NCBI RefSeq assembly: GCF_006345805.1
Contig: NC_043002.1
Location: 70,184,001 to 70,248,000 of the forward strand
Length of the DNA stretch: 64,000 bases
From: Octopus sinensis
Taxonomy: Eukaryota
Direction of reading: 5' to 3'
Below are positions 35,261-47,568 of the stretch, in pieces. Under the pieces are notes generated by a model. That model saw only the letters and a list, made by a program, of their open reading frames with translations. It made no database searches and was not told where the DNA came from. Position 1 is the first letter of the stretch. Each line of letters opens with the position of its first letter. The position numbers were made by a program, and so were the translations under genes.

Positions 35261-36121
35261 AAGAAAAGAAAGATTACGATGGTAAGTTTTACTGCAAGAA
35301 GACTGAGATGTTTGTGTATAATCCATGTGTGAGTCGACTAAACTAAACTTGCGTCGAAACAGACAAGAACTACAGGTTTAAGTTAATCGTGAAATCAAAT
35401 CAATAAAAAATAACATTGGCGTTAATAAATAAAATGTGACCTCAGTTGAAAAAGGTCAATGCTCTTAAATCGACCTCTATTTATGAAGCACGTAATAAAA
35501 TAAATTTGTAATAAAATAAAAACATTAAAATAATTAGTTACTTAATTAAGCATGACTTTCTTGAGTCTGGTTTTATGTCTCTGTTGACATATTTGAAGCA
35601 TTATATAGTCTGTGTGTATATTTGCTCTTTAAACTGGCGAGTTAACTACCGAGATTATTATTAGACTTGGAGCATTGTGTCTGTACGTGTGTGTGGGGGG
35701 GGGAAGAGGGTAGCTATTAATGGAGTACTAGAGAAAAAAAACATACTTGTTGCACATAGGCTACTTTCATATGCAACATGGTTTCAAGTCTGAACAGCGT
35801 GAATTTGTTCTTTTTCATTTTTCTTCAATGGTGGTGGGTCATTGAAATGATTTTGTTACATCGAACCCTAAGACCCATTAGTCCAGTTTAATTGACTCAC
35901 CCGGTTTTCATGGCATATAAGTGACCAAAATCACAAACCGCCATTGAAAGGGACGCCGGTCCATTGTACAGTTTAAGCTCAGCAATCTTGGAGGGGAGGG
36001 TACTTAAGTTAAAGGCACCAGAATTTAGTTTGGTATTATCCATATAATTCAAAATGGGGTGATTATAATGCAAATAAGCAACAAGGAGCTGCATTACCTC
36101 TGGATATCCTTGTTGCTTATT

Positions 36122-36159
<38 letters not shown>

Positions 36160-36199
36160 GTATATGTATATAAAGTTAATCCAAACAAGAAAACACAGA

Positions 36200-36330
36200 A
36201 AAAAAAGAAAAAAAAGAGAAAAAAACATAGCAACGCAGGGCGTGGAACAATTAAAGTATTATTGACGCTCAGGAAAGAAGGGAAGGAGGGTTTAACGTTT
36301 CGTGCGGAGCTCTTCGTCGGAAACAAGGAG
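36200..36330 (-). mobile_element. PLE-type 3' terminal repeat with hammerhead-like motif (36290-36324)
   Basis: Minus: GTTT-CCGACGA-A-GAGC-TCC-GCAC-GAAA-CG-TT-AAAC. The downstream CTTTCCTGAGCG...AATAATACT...TTGTTCCACG recurs on the plus strand at about 39575-39630. Confidence 0.6.
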
Positions 36331-36390
36331 AAGGAAAGATCCCAATATATGTATATGTATATATATATAATATATATATATATGTATATA

Positions 36391-36429
<39 letters not shown>

Positions 36430-36489
36430 TTATATATATATATATATATGTATATGTATATATATATATATTTATGATGTATATGTATA

Positions 36490-36812
36490 TATATGTGTGG
36501 GTGTTTAGATAAATGACCAGGGATTGTACCTAGAAAAGTCCCCTGCGAGACACAAGTTCGGGTAAAGTTCTTTATTGAAGACCAGCAATCGTCCATGAAT
36601 ACCAGCATCTTCTTTCTACACCACTGGAAAGAGAAAGGCAAAGGCCGATACGGCTTGGCACCACTGACGTCGCAACTCATTTCTACAACTGAATGAACTG
36701 GAGCAACGTGAAATAAAGTGTCTTGCTCAAGAATACAACGCACAACCCGGTCCAGAAACCGAACTCACTACCTCATGATTGTAAGCTTGAGGCTCTAACC
36801 ACTGAGCCACGG
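36490..36812 (-). mobile_element. tRNA-derived SINE family D
   Basis: Minus head CGTGGCTCAGTGGTTAGAGC...GAGTTCGGTTTC, then CTTGAGCAAGACACTTTA (CORE-like) and a distinct body. Confidence 0.75.
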
Positions 36813-37238
36813 TCAAGAGGCGAATCTAATGACGTGTAAATTTAACGCTTTAATGATCAGATTCTGGCTGTAAAATCTGCATTAATTAAATTCTGATTGT
36901 AAAATTTCCGCAAAAAAAATTGAAAAGTAATTGAAAAATCATTATCTGTACAGAAGAAATAATACTACATACCCTGGAGATGAAGCTGAGATAGCCTGGA
37001 AACGTTGATAAAATTGAATATGCGAAGATTATTGCTTCAAAAAACTACAAGGTTCTGCGATGCCATTTAAAAAAATATATCACCTCTAAAAGAAAAGCCG
37101 TTCCCATATTACAGTTTCATACATACATACATACATACATACATACATACATACATACATACATACATACATACATACATACAGTGTGTGTGTGTGTGCA
37201 TGCAAGTAATTTTGAGTGGCAGAAAATATATATACATA

Positions 37239-37401
37239 GGCGCAGGAGTGGCTGTGTGGTAAGTAGCTTGCCTAACAACTAAATGGTACCGGGTTCAGTT
37301 CCACTACGTGGCACCTTGGGTAAGTGTCTTCTACTATAACCTCCAGCCGACCAAAGCCTTGTGAGTGGATTTGATTGACGGAAACTGAAAGAAGCCTGTC
37401 G

Positions 37402-37464
<63 letters not shown>

Positions 37465-37680
37465 TTGTGTGTATTTTTGTATGTCTGTGTTTACCCCCAC
37501 CATCGCTTGACAACCGATGGTGGTATTTTTACGTCCCTATAAATCAGCAGTTCAGCAAAAGTGACCGATAGAATAAGTACTAAACTTACAAAGAATAAAT
37601 CCTGGGGAATCGATTTGTTCGACTACAAGGCGGTGCTCCAGTATGGCTGCAGTAAAATGACTGAAACAAGTAAAAGAGAA
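37239..37680 (+). mobile_element. SINE B full copy
   Basis: GGCGCAGGAGTGGCTGTGTGG...GTAAAATGACTGAAACAAGTAAAAGAG. Confidence 0.92.
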
Positions 37681-39119
37681 AAACGAAAAAAAAAGTAATA
37701 GAATATATAGACACGTACACATTTACGCACACACACACGCAAACCCACAAACACACAAACAAACACGCACATACACGTACACACACACACACACGTGTGT
37801 TTGTGTGTGTGTATGTTTGTTTGTTTACTTATAAAGCGTGGCAAAATTCGAACTCTTTCGAAAACCAGAGAACTGCCTTAGTAATATTCATTGTAGTCAG
37901 CTAAACTTTGATTCGATTTCAGCAACATACGGAAAATGTGTAGCTCACGTGAAAACTAATTGCCAACATGGCAGATATTGCGTATCTTTAATGCATAGTA
38001 ATTGAATTATTTATACGTGCATACAACATTTAAGACAAATTTAGGATCAAAAGAAGTTCTATGTTATTCCTTTTAACATATGAAAAGATCAAAGGAAAGA
38101 CTTGTGGGGAAATGTTTCAGAAGTCATAGAATATATTCTATATCTTCTCCAAAGAAATATTGTATTTTGTATTGAAAAGAAACAAAACTGTTTTCTATTT
38201 TTTTTCACTAGTTTTCCTGTGGGTGTCACAGCCGAAGGATGAACAAAGCATATTTATGTTGCATATTCTGATTATTTTAGCTTCTTAATGTGAAGACTTT
38301 TACCTTTGTTATAAAGAGCCGAAGTTGTATCACATCCATGGATGCATGAATGAATAAAATATGTTTATTAACCAATTTCCAGCTAATTTGTAATGCTTGA
38401 TTGAATAATGTATTGATCGACGCATTGTGAATTCTTATACCCGTTTTTTTTATAGTTTTTTTTTTTTGGCATTATGCTAGTCGTAGTCAAAGCGTTAAAA
38501 TCTACACCATTGCCACAATTCATGCTGAGCAAAAATGCAAAACAATCCTATCCAATGATAGATATTTAGTTTGATGCTTTAGTGAACTAAATGCACAACG
38601 GCACTTCCATGGTTTATAGTGAGGTAGGAATCTTCTCATAAAGTAGTCTTTGCCTTATGAAAGCATATTCTTATTGGTATAATTTCTCTTCATAGGAAAA
38701 TTATCAATTCTGGTTCAAATTTCTGCCTCTGTTTTATCAATATTAGATGCTCGCATAGCTTTCTGGTTTCCGGCTCAGTCTAACAGTGTGGCGATTTCGT
38801 AAAGTGACCTCGACCATATTGCCTGGCGACAAAAGCTTCGTGAGTGAATTTGTTACATAAAACTGTGTGGAAGCTAGGGATCTATAAGACGTTGCACAAG
38901 CAATCAGCTCTGAGTGCACTGCTTCTAATAGCAGAAACTGCTATAAGCTAATGAAGTAGCTTATGTGATTCATTTTCACGAGACGTCCAAGGGGCTAATT
39001 CCTTTATGGATGCGAAACCATTGGTCACTCTGTGACTGGACGACTGGACATAGACTTAACTACATATAAATACATTACTGCTCTATTCTTTAGAATGTGC
39101 TTCTTATTGGGATATATCA

Positions 39120-39445
39120 TACATTCACGATATATATATAATATATATATATTATATATATATATATCTATAATATATATATATATATATATATATACAG
39201 CTAAAACATGAATATATATGTTGTTCTTTTATCAGTTTTTAGTAGGAAATTAGGGTAGCGAAACGGCCGAGAATCTCGAGCATTATCAATTTTGCCAAGT
39301 GCTAATGCTCAAAACTCTCGTTTTTTGAATCACTCTGTTCTCTGTTGAATATTAATATTATATATATATATATATATAGATATAGATATATATATACAAT
39401 ACTTATACATATATATACTTATACAGATAAAATATATAATATATG

Positions 39446-39481
<36 letters not shown>

Positions 39482-39858
39482 TTCCCAGCATGGCCACAGC
39501 TCATGAGCTGAAACTGGAAAAATCAAAGAATCGAAATCATATATATATAATATATAATATATAATAATATTCCATCTTTCCTGAGCGCCTATTAATAATA
39601 ATACTGTATTGTTCCACGTGTTGTTGTTTTTTTGTTTTCCCGTTTGGATTAAAATTATATTATATATATATTATATTATATATATTATATATATATAATA
39701 TATATATACATATATAATATAAAAGTATATATAAAGAGAGAGAGAAGAGAGAGAGGAGGGTGTTTACATTCAAACATCTATTTATATGCATGTATGTAGA
39801 AAACAAACTATCCATCATTAGATCAGCTTATTTACGTAACCATTCATGCTGTGTACAC

Positions 39859-39899
<41 letters not shown>

Positions 39900-40128
39900 C
39901 TATATATTTATATATTATATGCACCGAACATTAATATGTGTATATTATGCGCATATATATTACGCACATTTATTTAGATATTATGTATATCTGTATGTGT
40001 GTGTATGCGTGTATATATATATATATAGGTATAAACACAGTCATATATACGAACATATACGCGTATACATACATATACGTGTATACATACATATATATAA
40101 TATAATTTATATATATATATATATATAA

Positions 40129-40168
<40 letters not shown>

Positions 40169-40839
40169 TCAGGCACGCTTTTATGCATGCATCTAGCTAT
40201 CCATCATCTTATCTACCAGTTTACGTATCCATGCATTCCTGGGTACACAGAACCACTTACGTATATACACCCATACATAAATAAATATGTATGCATGTAT
40301 ATATATTCATATTATACGCACCGATGTATAACACGTTTAATCCTTACATGCATTGTTTTATGGTTTTCTTTCTCACACGATCACTGCAACGTTTGAGCAA
40401 CATTCGGATATGATAAATGATATCGGAAGTTTCCATTTAAGATTGTAAACAAATAAACATTTATCATCATTGAATGCAGCTGAAATGGTTCATTCAACCT
40501 TGGAAATTAGATGTAGTTATATTGAGGAAACAATACAGGATACTATATATATATATCTGTGTGTGTGTTTGTGTATATATATATATATATAAATAAATAT
40601 AGATACATACATTAATACATACCGACATATATACATATATACATGTATTTACACAGACACATAAACGTATACAATATATATATATACGCACACAATCGTT
40701 TTAAGAAGTAATACCGGTTATAAATATATACATGCATCCGTATATGTATACACACATACATACAAACACACATGTGTATATACGTACGCACCCATCTGCA
40801 CGCATGCACACACACACATGATGTATGTATATGTTGGGG

Positions 40840-40937
<98 letters not shown>

Positions 40938-40972
40938 TGTATTTGAATAATGATAATGATGATAATAATAAT

Positions 40973-41031
<59 letters not shown>

Positions 41032-41170
41032 CATAATAATATTCATGGGTGTGTGTAGGTATTCAACAGTATACAATGTTAGTTATGTTGTTTATCTCAC
41101 AAATATCCACTCTACGATAACATTGAATTCTGTGTTTTTCATTGCTATCACATATCAATGAAATATACGC

Positions 41171-41217
<47 letters not shown>

Positions 41218-41240
41218 ACACACATATATATATACAGTAT
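39120..41240. repeat. TA/CA/AAT-rich low-complexity region
   Basis: Direct reading. Confidence 0.88.
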
Positions 41241-41409
41241 ATTTGTGTGTGTGCGTGTGGAAACAAACTTTTGTTTTTGAATGCGTATCGTATCGAATGT
41301 GTGTATCGTATCAAACAGAGAAGATAGTAATATTTGGAATGCAGTATAGCCATGAAAACAGCAGAAATATTTGGTACAGCGTTTAATTTGCTGGATATTG
41401 TTGCCAACG

Positions 41410-41482
41410 GGAAGTTTAGCTTAATTGGTAGAGTACTCAGACGGTATCTGGGAGGTGCGGGTTCGTCTCCCGTTGTGTCATG
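41410..41482 (+). pseudogene. tRNA-like sequence (pseudo-tRNA or orphan SINE head)
   Basis: D arm GCTT/GAGT, anticodon arm CTCAG/CTGGG with loop ACGGTAT, T arm GCGGG-TTCGTCT-CCCGT. The acceptor stem does not pair. Confidence 0.6.
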
Positions 41483-41490
41483 GAAGAGTA

Positions 41491-41522
<32 letters not shown>

Positions 41523-41689
41523 CCAATGCATGCATCTGCATATCTATAATTCTAAATAGATATGTACCTAAATCTCACGACTTAGCATAAAGAATGACAT
41601 TATGCCACGTAGTTCAACTGAGATGGCCACTCCAAACTGCATTCTTTTGCACCCAAGATACACGCCCAATAAACCAGGTATTAATGTTT

Positions 41690-42070
41690 AGCCCCAGTCG
41701 TCTACGAAGGAGAGATTAACCGCGTTTCAAGGAGAAAATATATTGGACAATACGAAATTACCTCATAAATATATACTTCACTAATTAGTTTTGTTTTACA
41801 GACAGGTAGACAAAACGAATAGCACAGACTCGCAAGCCATATCTGGAAGCTAAAAGACAACAGCATACTACGCAACATTTAGTGGAACATCATAGAAAGA
41901 CGAAGGCCATGCAACAATGGCTCAAAATGGTGTAAATGCTGTACAGCTGCAAGAACACACGTCCTTATTAGATTGAAGAACAGAATGATATTGGCCTTGT
42001 AAACTCGAGGTTAGTGATATTTACCAGATGTATGTATCTCGACAAATTTCTGCTGTCGAATTGGAAGACG
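41690..42070 (+). pseudogene. PLE GIY-YIG endonuclease remnant
   Basis: VVYEGEI...KYIGQ, ASHIWKLKDN, WNIIERRRPCNNGSKWCKCC; same group as 16290-16640. Confidence 0.75.
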
Positions 42071-42383
42071 CCCTCCTCAACGGTTTAGATACACTGTTAA
42101 GCAAACAGCAGATTTTCCATTCGAATACCCCTGCAAATGGTTTCCTCTAATACACTCTTACGTTTTATGATACATAATCAAGATTTCAGAGTAGAATTAT
42201 CCCCCTTCACCTTAAGACGTCTCTTCGCATTTTCCTTCGTATTTTCTCATGCAGTAGCCATACGATATGAGTCTTAACGATTAACGGATTGTACAGGTTA
42301 CGTAATATACAGGTGCATTTGAAAGTTGTACTTCCCGAGCATAAAGCATGAAGTAGCTCACACACACACGCCGTTATTTACAC

Positions 42384-42429
<46 letters not shown>

Positions 42430-43029
42430 TAAGAAAGTTGGTTTGTGAAAGCACGTGGTTGAATATATAGAAAATAGTAAAAAGTGAAAAAACTACAGAA
42501 GGCTTCAAGGTTAAAAAATATATATATATTTGCGTCAATATGTCTGAAGAATATTAAAATTTTTTTTTCCTTACAATGACATAGTTTAGAAGAAAGACCG
42601 GTTTCGCGTATATATATATATATATATATATTTAATTGTTTGCATGTATATTAGTGCAGTATAAGAGCAAAGAACAAAGATTTAGGATTTAGTAAAAACA
42701 ACCTAACAGATAACAGGGTTCTCAGGTATTAGTATAATCCGAGAAGGAGGAGAAATGACGAAGATTCTCGGTCAAAAAGAACAAGACATACGTGGTTGTA
42801 GGGAAGAAAAATATCTGGTGGAAGAACTAGAGTAGAACAAATGTGGACCCTTTTTTAAAAGCAGATTTGGCACTATGGAGGGAAGCCTCAGAATAACGTG
42901 CGTATGTATCTGCGTGTGCGTGTATGTGCGTGTATGTGTGTATGCGTGAGTGTTTTGTCAACGGGGTGTGAGGTGAAGAGTCGTCAAGTAAAAGTCTCAA
43001 AAACAAACAAGCGTATCTAGAACTCATGA

Positions 43030-44004
43030 CGTTGAATACAGCCAAAAATATTGATTTGTTTCCAAAGGAATTTTTGTCCATTTTTCAGCTAAAACAGTCT
43101 CCAGTTCTTGTAGTGATGATGATGGAAGATACAGACTCCTTACTTTTTTTTCTAAAATGCACCATAAATGTTCAATAATATTGAGATTGGGGACTGTGGT
43201 GGCCAGATAAGATATTCAACTTCACTAGAATATTCCTCGTGTCATTCAGTAACAACTTTAGCTATGTGAATTGGTTCATTATCATCTTAAAGATTGCGTT
43301 TCCTCCCGGAAACTGTTCCGCAACCATCAGACGAATTCGATCAGATAAAATGCTTAAATAGTCTTGACTATTAATTCTGCCATGAAGGGAAACCATTGAG
43401 CCGGATTTCGAAGGTATAGCACCCCAGATAATCACAGATCCTCCTCCATGTTTATCAGTTGAAAGAAGGCAGTCTGGATCAAATGCTTCTTTTAGCTATC
43501 TTCATACGTATAATCGGCCGGTGGCTGGAAATAAGGTAATAGATGACTCGTCCGAGAAAATAACATTCTTCCACTGCTCTAGGGACCAATTCTGTAGGTT
43601 TTTACTTCACTCTAAACGTTTTGTAACATTTGTTTTTGAAAATAGTGGTTTTCTGATTGCAGCCCTCCCGTAAAATCCGGCTTTGCGCAGCTCCTGACGA
43701 ACAGCTTTTGTGGAAACTGGGTTGCCGATGTGGTTATTCATCTCTGCAGTAATTTAGTGAGCTGTACTTTTGTGATCCTTTCTAACAATTTACGTAAGAG
43801 TCCGACGGTCCCTATCTGAAAGTTTTGGCTTTCTTCCTGAGTTTTGTTTCGACGAGAAGGTTTTTTCCTCTTGCTCAAAGGCTGTCATTACTTTCGAGAC
43901 AGTACTTCTGGATACATCAAACATTTCGGGTATTTTCGTTACGCTAGCGCCTGCCATACGAGCACCACAATTTGACCTCTTTGAAAGTCCGATAGATTTG
44001 CCAT
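43030..44004 (-). pseudogene. Tc1-family (DD34E-type) transposase pseudogene
   Basis: MANLSDFQRGQIV..., GRKPKLS, IRKPLFS, W..VIFSDES, KHGGGSVIIWG, DDNEPIH, LIWPPQSP..NIIEHLW; several stops and frameshifts. Confidence 0.92.
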
Positions 44005-44164
44005 TTTAATGAATTTTAATTACCTTTTTCTATTGATATCTGAAAAAAACTCAGCAATTTTAGCAACACATATTAAGCAACACTAATAATTAAAAAAAAA
44101 CATAAAAATATATACAAACTTTTGATGGTTTTATAGATATTTCAGGATTATGATGCTATGATGT

Positions 44165-44196
44165 TTGGTGTTTCCATTATTTTATCCAGCCCCTCT
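44165..44196 (-). mobile_element. Tc1 5' terminal inverted repeat (partner not seen)
   Basis: Minus TA-GAGGGGCTGGATAAAATAATGGAAACACC, about 190 bp upstream of the ATG and next to a TA run. Confidence 0.6.
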
Positions 44197-44465
44197 ATAT
44201 ATATATACAAGACGTCTATAAATAGCATTTACAATTAGAAAAATGAAGAAAAGAAAATGAAGAACAAGGATAACTAAGTAGAGTTTGTTGGAAAACGGAT
44301 AAAGTTTTATTAACATCAGATCACTTTCACGTGGGCCACATTGCACACAACACACACAATAAATTGTGGAATTTGTAAAGATAATTTATGAACACCATTT
44401 AAATCCTCCTCCTCCTCTCCTAATCCCTCCCTCTCTCTTTCCTCCTCCCCCTCCTCCTCCTCCTC

Positions 44466-44641
44466 CTCATCATCATTTAACGTCCGTTGTCCATGCTGGC
44501 ACGGGTTCGACGATTTGACCAGTGATGGCAAGCTACACCAGACACCATTTGTCTATTTTGGCATGATTTCTTCGGCTGGATGCCCTTCCTAACACTAACG
44601 ACTTTACAGAATGTACTGGGTGATCTCTACGTGGCACCAGC

Positions 44642-44642
<1 letters not shown>
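44466..44642 (-). mobile_element. 3' part of SINE family E with (GAT)n tail (RTE-type tail)
   Basis: Minus: GCCACGTAGAGATCACCCAGTAC...GTTAGGAAGGGCATCCAGCCG...CCAGCATGGACAACGGACGTTAAATGATGATGA. Confidence 0.7.
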
Positions 44643-44676
<34 letters not shown>

Positions 44677-46679
44677 TAAAATTTTGAAGCATTGCAATGT
44701 GTGTAAATGATATAAATGATATGTTTGAGAGAAATCTTTGTGCAGCGTTTGTGATGCATTAAGTAAAATATGTAAGAAGAGATAGGTTTAAATTTACGAA
44801 CTCAACGTTAATCTACATGATCTCCATTGTATACTTTGCCTTCTCACAAAAGGAGATGTCTATTTTGTAATGTAGTCTTATGCACAATATGTTATTGGAA
44901 AACGGTTGGGACATCTGCGGTTTGAATTATTTTACATATACATTTGTTCGATCACATGGAACTGTGATAGTGAATCTTTTTCACTCGGGCGTATCGAAAT
45001 TTTAATAATGGATTTATCTTTGATAATCCTGTTATATGAGTGTTAGTTACATGGTTGCAAGAATTTTAGTGGTAAGAATCTCTCAAAAGAGCAGAAAGTC
45101 TTCAGTGAAGAAACTCCTCCCGGGCAAGTGTTTGGCCCCTTAAAATCTTACACTCGAAGGAGGCCGGGCCGCATCCAGGCCCATCTGCGTACAGTTTTTT
45201 ACTATTTGAATATCGGAGGCTTGTGCAATTAAATCACCAGTAAATTTCATCCAGTTGTAACTCCTCTCTGTTGCCTCAACTTTCAAACCTATACATAAGA
45301 AGAAATATCGTTGCTTTTTATGGTTTTACAATAGTGGTGGAAGATGTTTTCAAAGTCTTATACTTGTCAGCCATGATATGTCACTGCTGGCAAGTGTGAT
45401 GTAGACTCATCAGCACTGAGTTACAACAAGAATAATAGACAGTTTATAAAATCGAAAGAGAGCTTTTGTAAAGGGAGATAAACTGGCATCGCATTTTAAA
45501 ACGTCCAAATACAAAGTATTTTGCAATTGATCTCGCCTTTGTTACCTGTCTATAGAATAGAGCTGATACTCATAATTAATACTTTCTTGAAGAAGTCATC
45601 GAGACAATCACTGCGCTATAAAGAAGAGAAACCAAGTAATATGACCCCAAATGAAAATAGGAATATGGCTTAGTTGTTATATATTTGTTTAGAGATCTCA
45701 CCATTTTCAAAGTTAATCAGATGACCTGTATCTCAAATAAAAAATTGTACTATTTGAATCTTTTCTCAAAAGTGAAACTGTTTATAGTGGGACCATCACC
45801 AAAGATCTGCGTATTCATATAGTGTGCCGACTTTCAGCTAGTAAGGGCACACACTTGTTAGACTGTCAGATAAAGATTGAAATTTCGTATAGAAGTTGTT
45901 TATCCCCATACCAGATCAGCAGAAACAGATATAGAATCAAAGCTTTTCAGCTAATTCTATCCTAGATTCTTTTCAAACAATATGTTCAAGAATATCTAAT
46001 TTTTTGTGTCATTTTATGTGATCAAATTTGGCTCGAGGAAACTTTGGCTGCAACTTCTAACAGTTTCAACATTCATGTGAGGACTCTCAATAGAGAAAAC
46101 TGGACATCTCACTTGTACTGGTGTGATATTCAACCCCAGGGAATCATTGGGGCTCTCCCTCACACTACCAACACTCGATAAACATGTATTCTTATATCTT
46201 TTCTGTAAATCAATTTCGTTTAAATTTATTACTCTATAGAATTAGCTTTTGCTACAATAAGTATATTCTGATCGTGCTTTGCTCATTATTTCAGGGAAAA
46301 AAGAAAAAAAAAGCAAGCAAAAAGGAGAAAACAAAAAGATGAAAATTACCATTTTTCACTAAGGAATATGTTTACTGCAGTAAGCGACTAAATCTATAAT
46401 TCTCTCTCCATACATTTCTTCCTCGCCCACACTCAACTGTATATTTGAGTGTGCGCGCATGTGTATATGCGTGTGTATGTGCAACATATACTGTTTTCTG
46501 AATGTAACAAAACTTCTTTTGATTCTTTTGGGAGAATAGACAGGCCACCATCCCCTTATACTCCAAAGAAGAATATCATACATTTTTTCCTTGACAGATT
46601 CAATTACATAAGCCAAACGAAAATATATCTACTGGACAAGATACCTGACTATAAACAAAAAGTAATACTCCCTCCACCA

Positions 46680-47092
46680 ACATGCTAATACATACATACA
46701 TACATGCATACATACATACATACATGCAAGATAACATACATACATAGACGCACACGCACACATATCTGTGTTTTTTTTGTGTGTGTATTTATATATGTGT
46801 GTGTGTGTGTAGATGTATATATATATATGTCTTTTTGTAGGTGGGTGTATATAGTATAATATAATATATATGCATTTAGGTAGCTATATTTGCATATATA
46901 TTATATATGCATATATATATGTGTGTGTGTGTGTGTACATGTACAATACATTACAATGTATGTATACACGTATATACGTAAAACGTCACATATATACAGC
47001 TATATATATATAAATAAATATATACATACATACATACATACATCATACATACATACATACATACGTACATACATATATATATATATATATAA

Positions 47093-47137
<45 letters not shown>

Positions 47138-47143
47138 ACATAT

Positions 47144-47176
<33 letters not shown>

Positions 47177-47512
47177 GTTGTAAGGATATTTACCATCTTT
47201 AGTGATTTGTTTACTTGAACTTGTCTTTGAATAAAACCTATCCGCCATTAATAATGATAATTTGAATGCCACTTCTCTTTCTGTCACTCTGTTTCTTTCA
47301 TATGTCTTTATTTCATTTCTCTCTCTTTTTCATTCTCTTTATTTCATGCCTGTGTGTCTTTCTATTTCTTCATTTCATCCTCTCTATCATGCAACAATTT
47401 TCTCGTTTTCCCCTCATCATTTCTTCAGCGTTTCTCTCTCTGCAGCCATTTCTTTGAGTTTCTACTTTTTCCATTTCTCTTTCACCATCTATTTCATCTT
47501 CTCTTCTCTCTT

Positions 47513-47560
<48 letters not shown>
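46680..47560. repeat. TACA/TA runs and a pyrimidine (CT)n tract
   Basis: Direct reading; explains the 232-aa S/L/F-rich ORF. Confidence 0.9.

Positions 47561-47568
<8 letters not shown>

Noticed and set aside
41410-41482. Functional tRNA-Thr(GGT)
   Set aside because: The acceptor stem is unpaired, the anticodon loop lacks U33 and the T loop lacks A58.
45130-45700. GC-rich patch and possible DNA-transposon end or ORF traces
   Set aside because: No TIR partner and no translatable motif that I could support.
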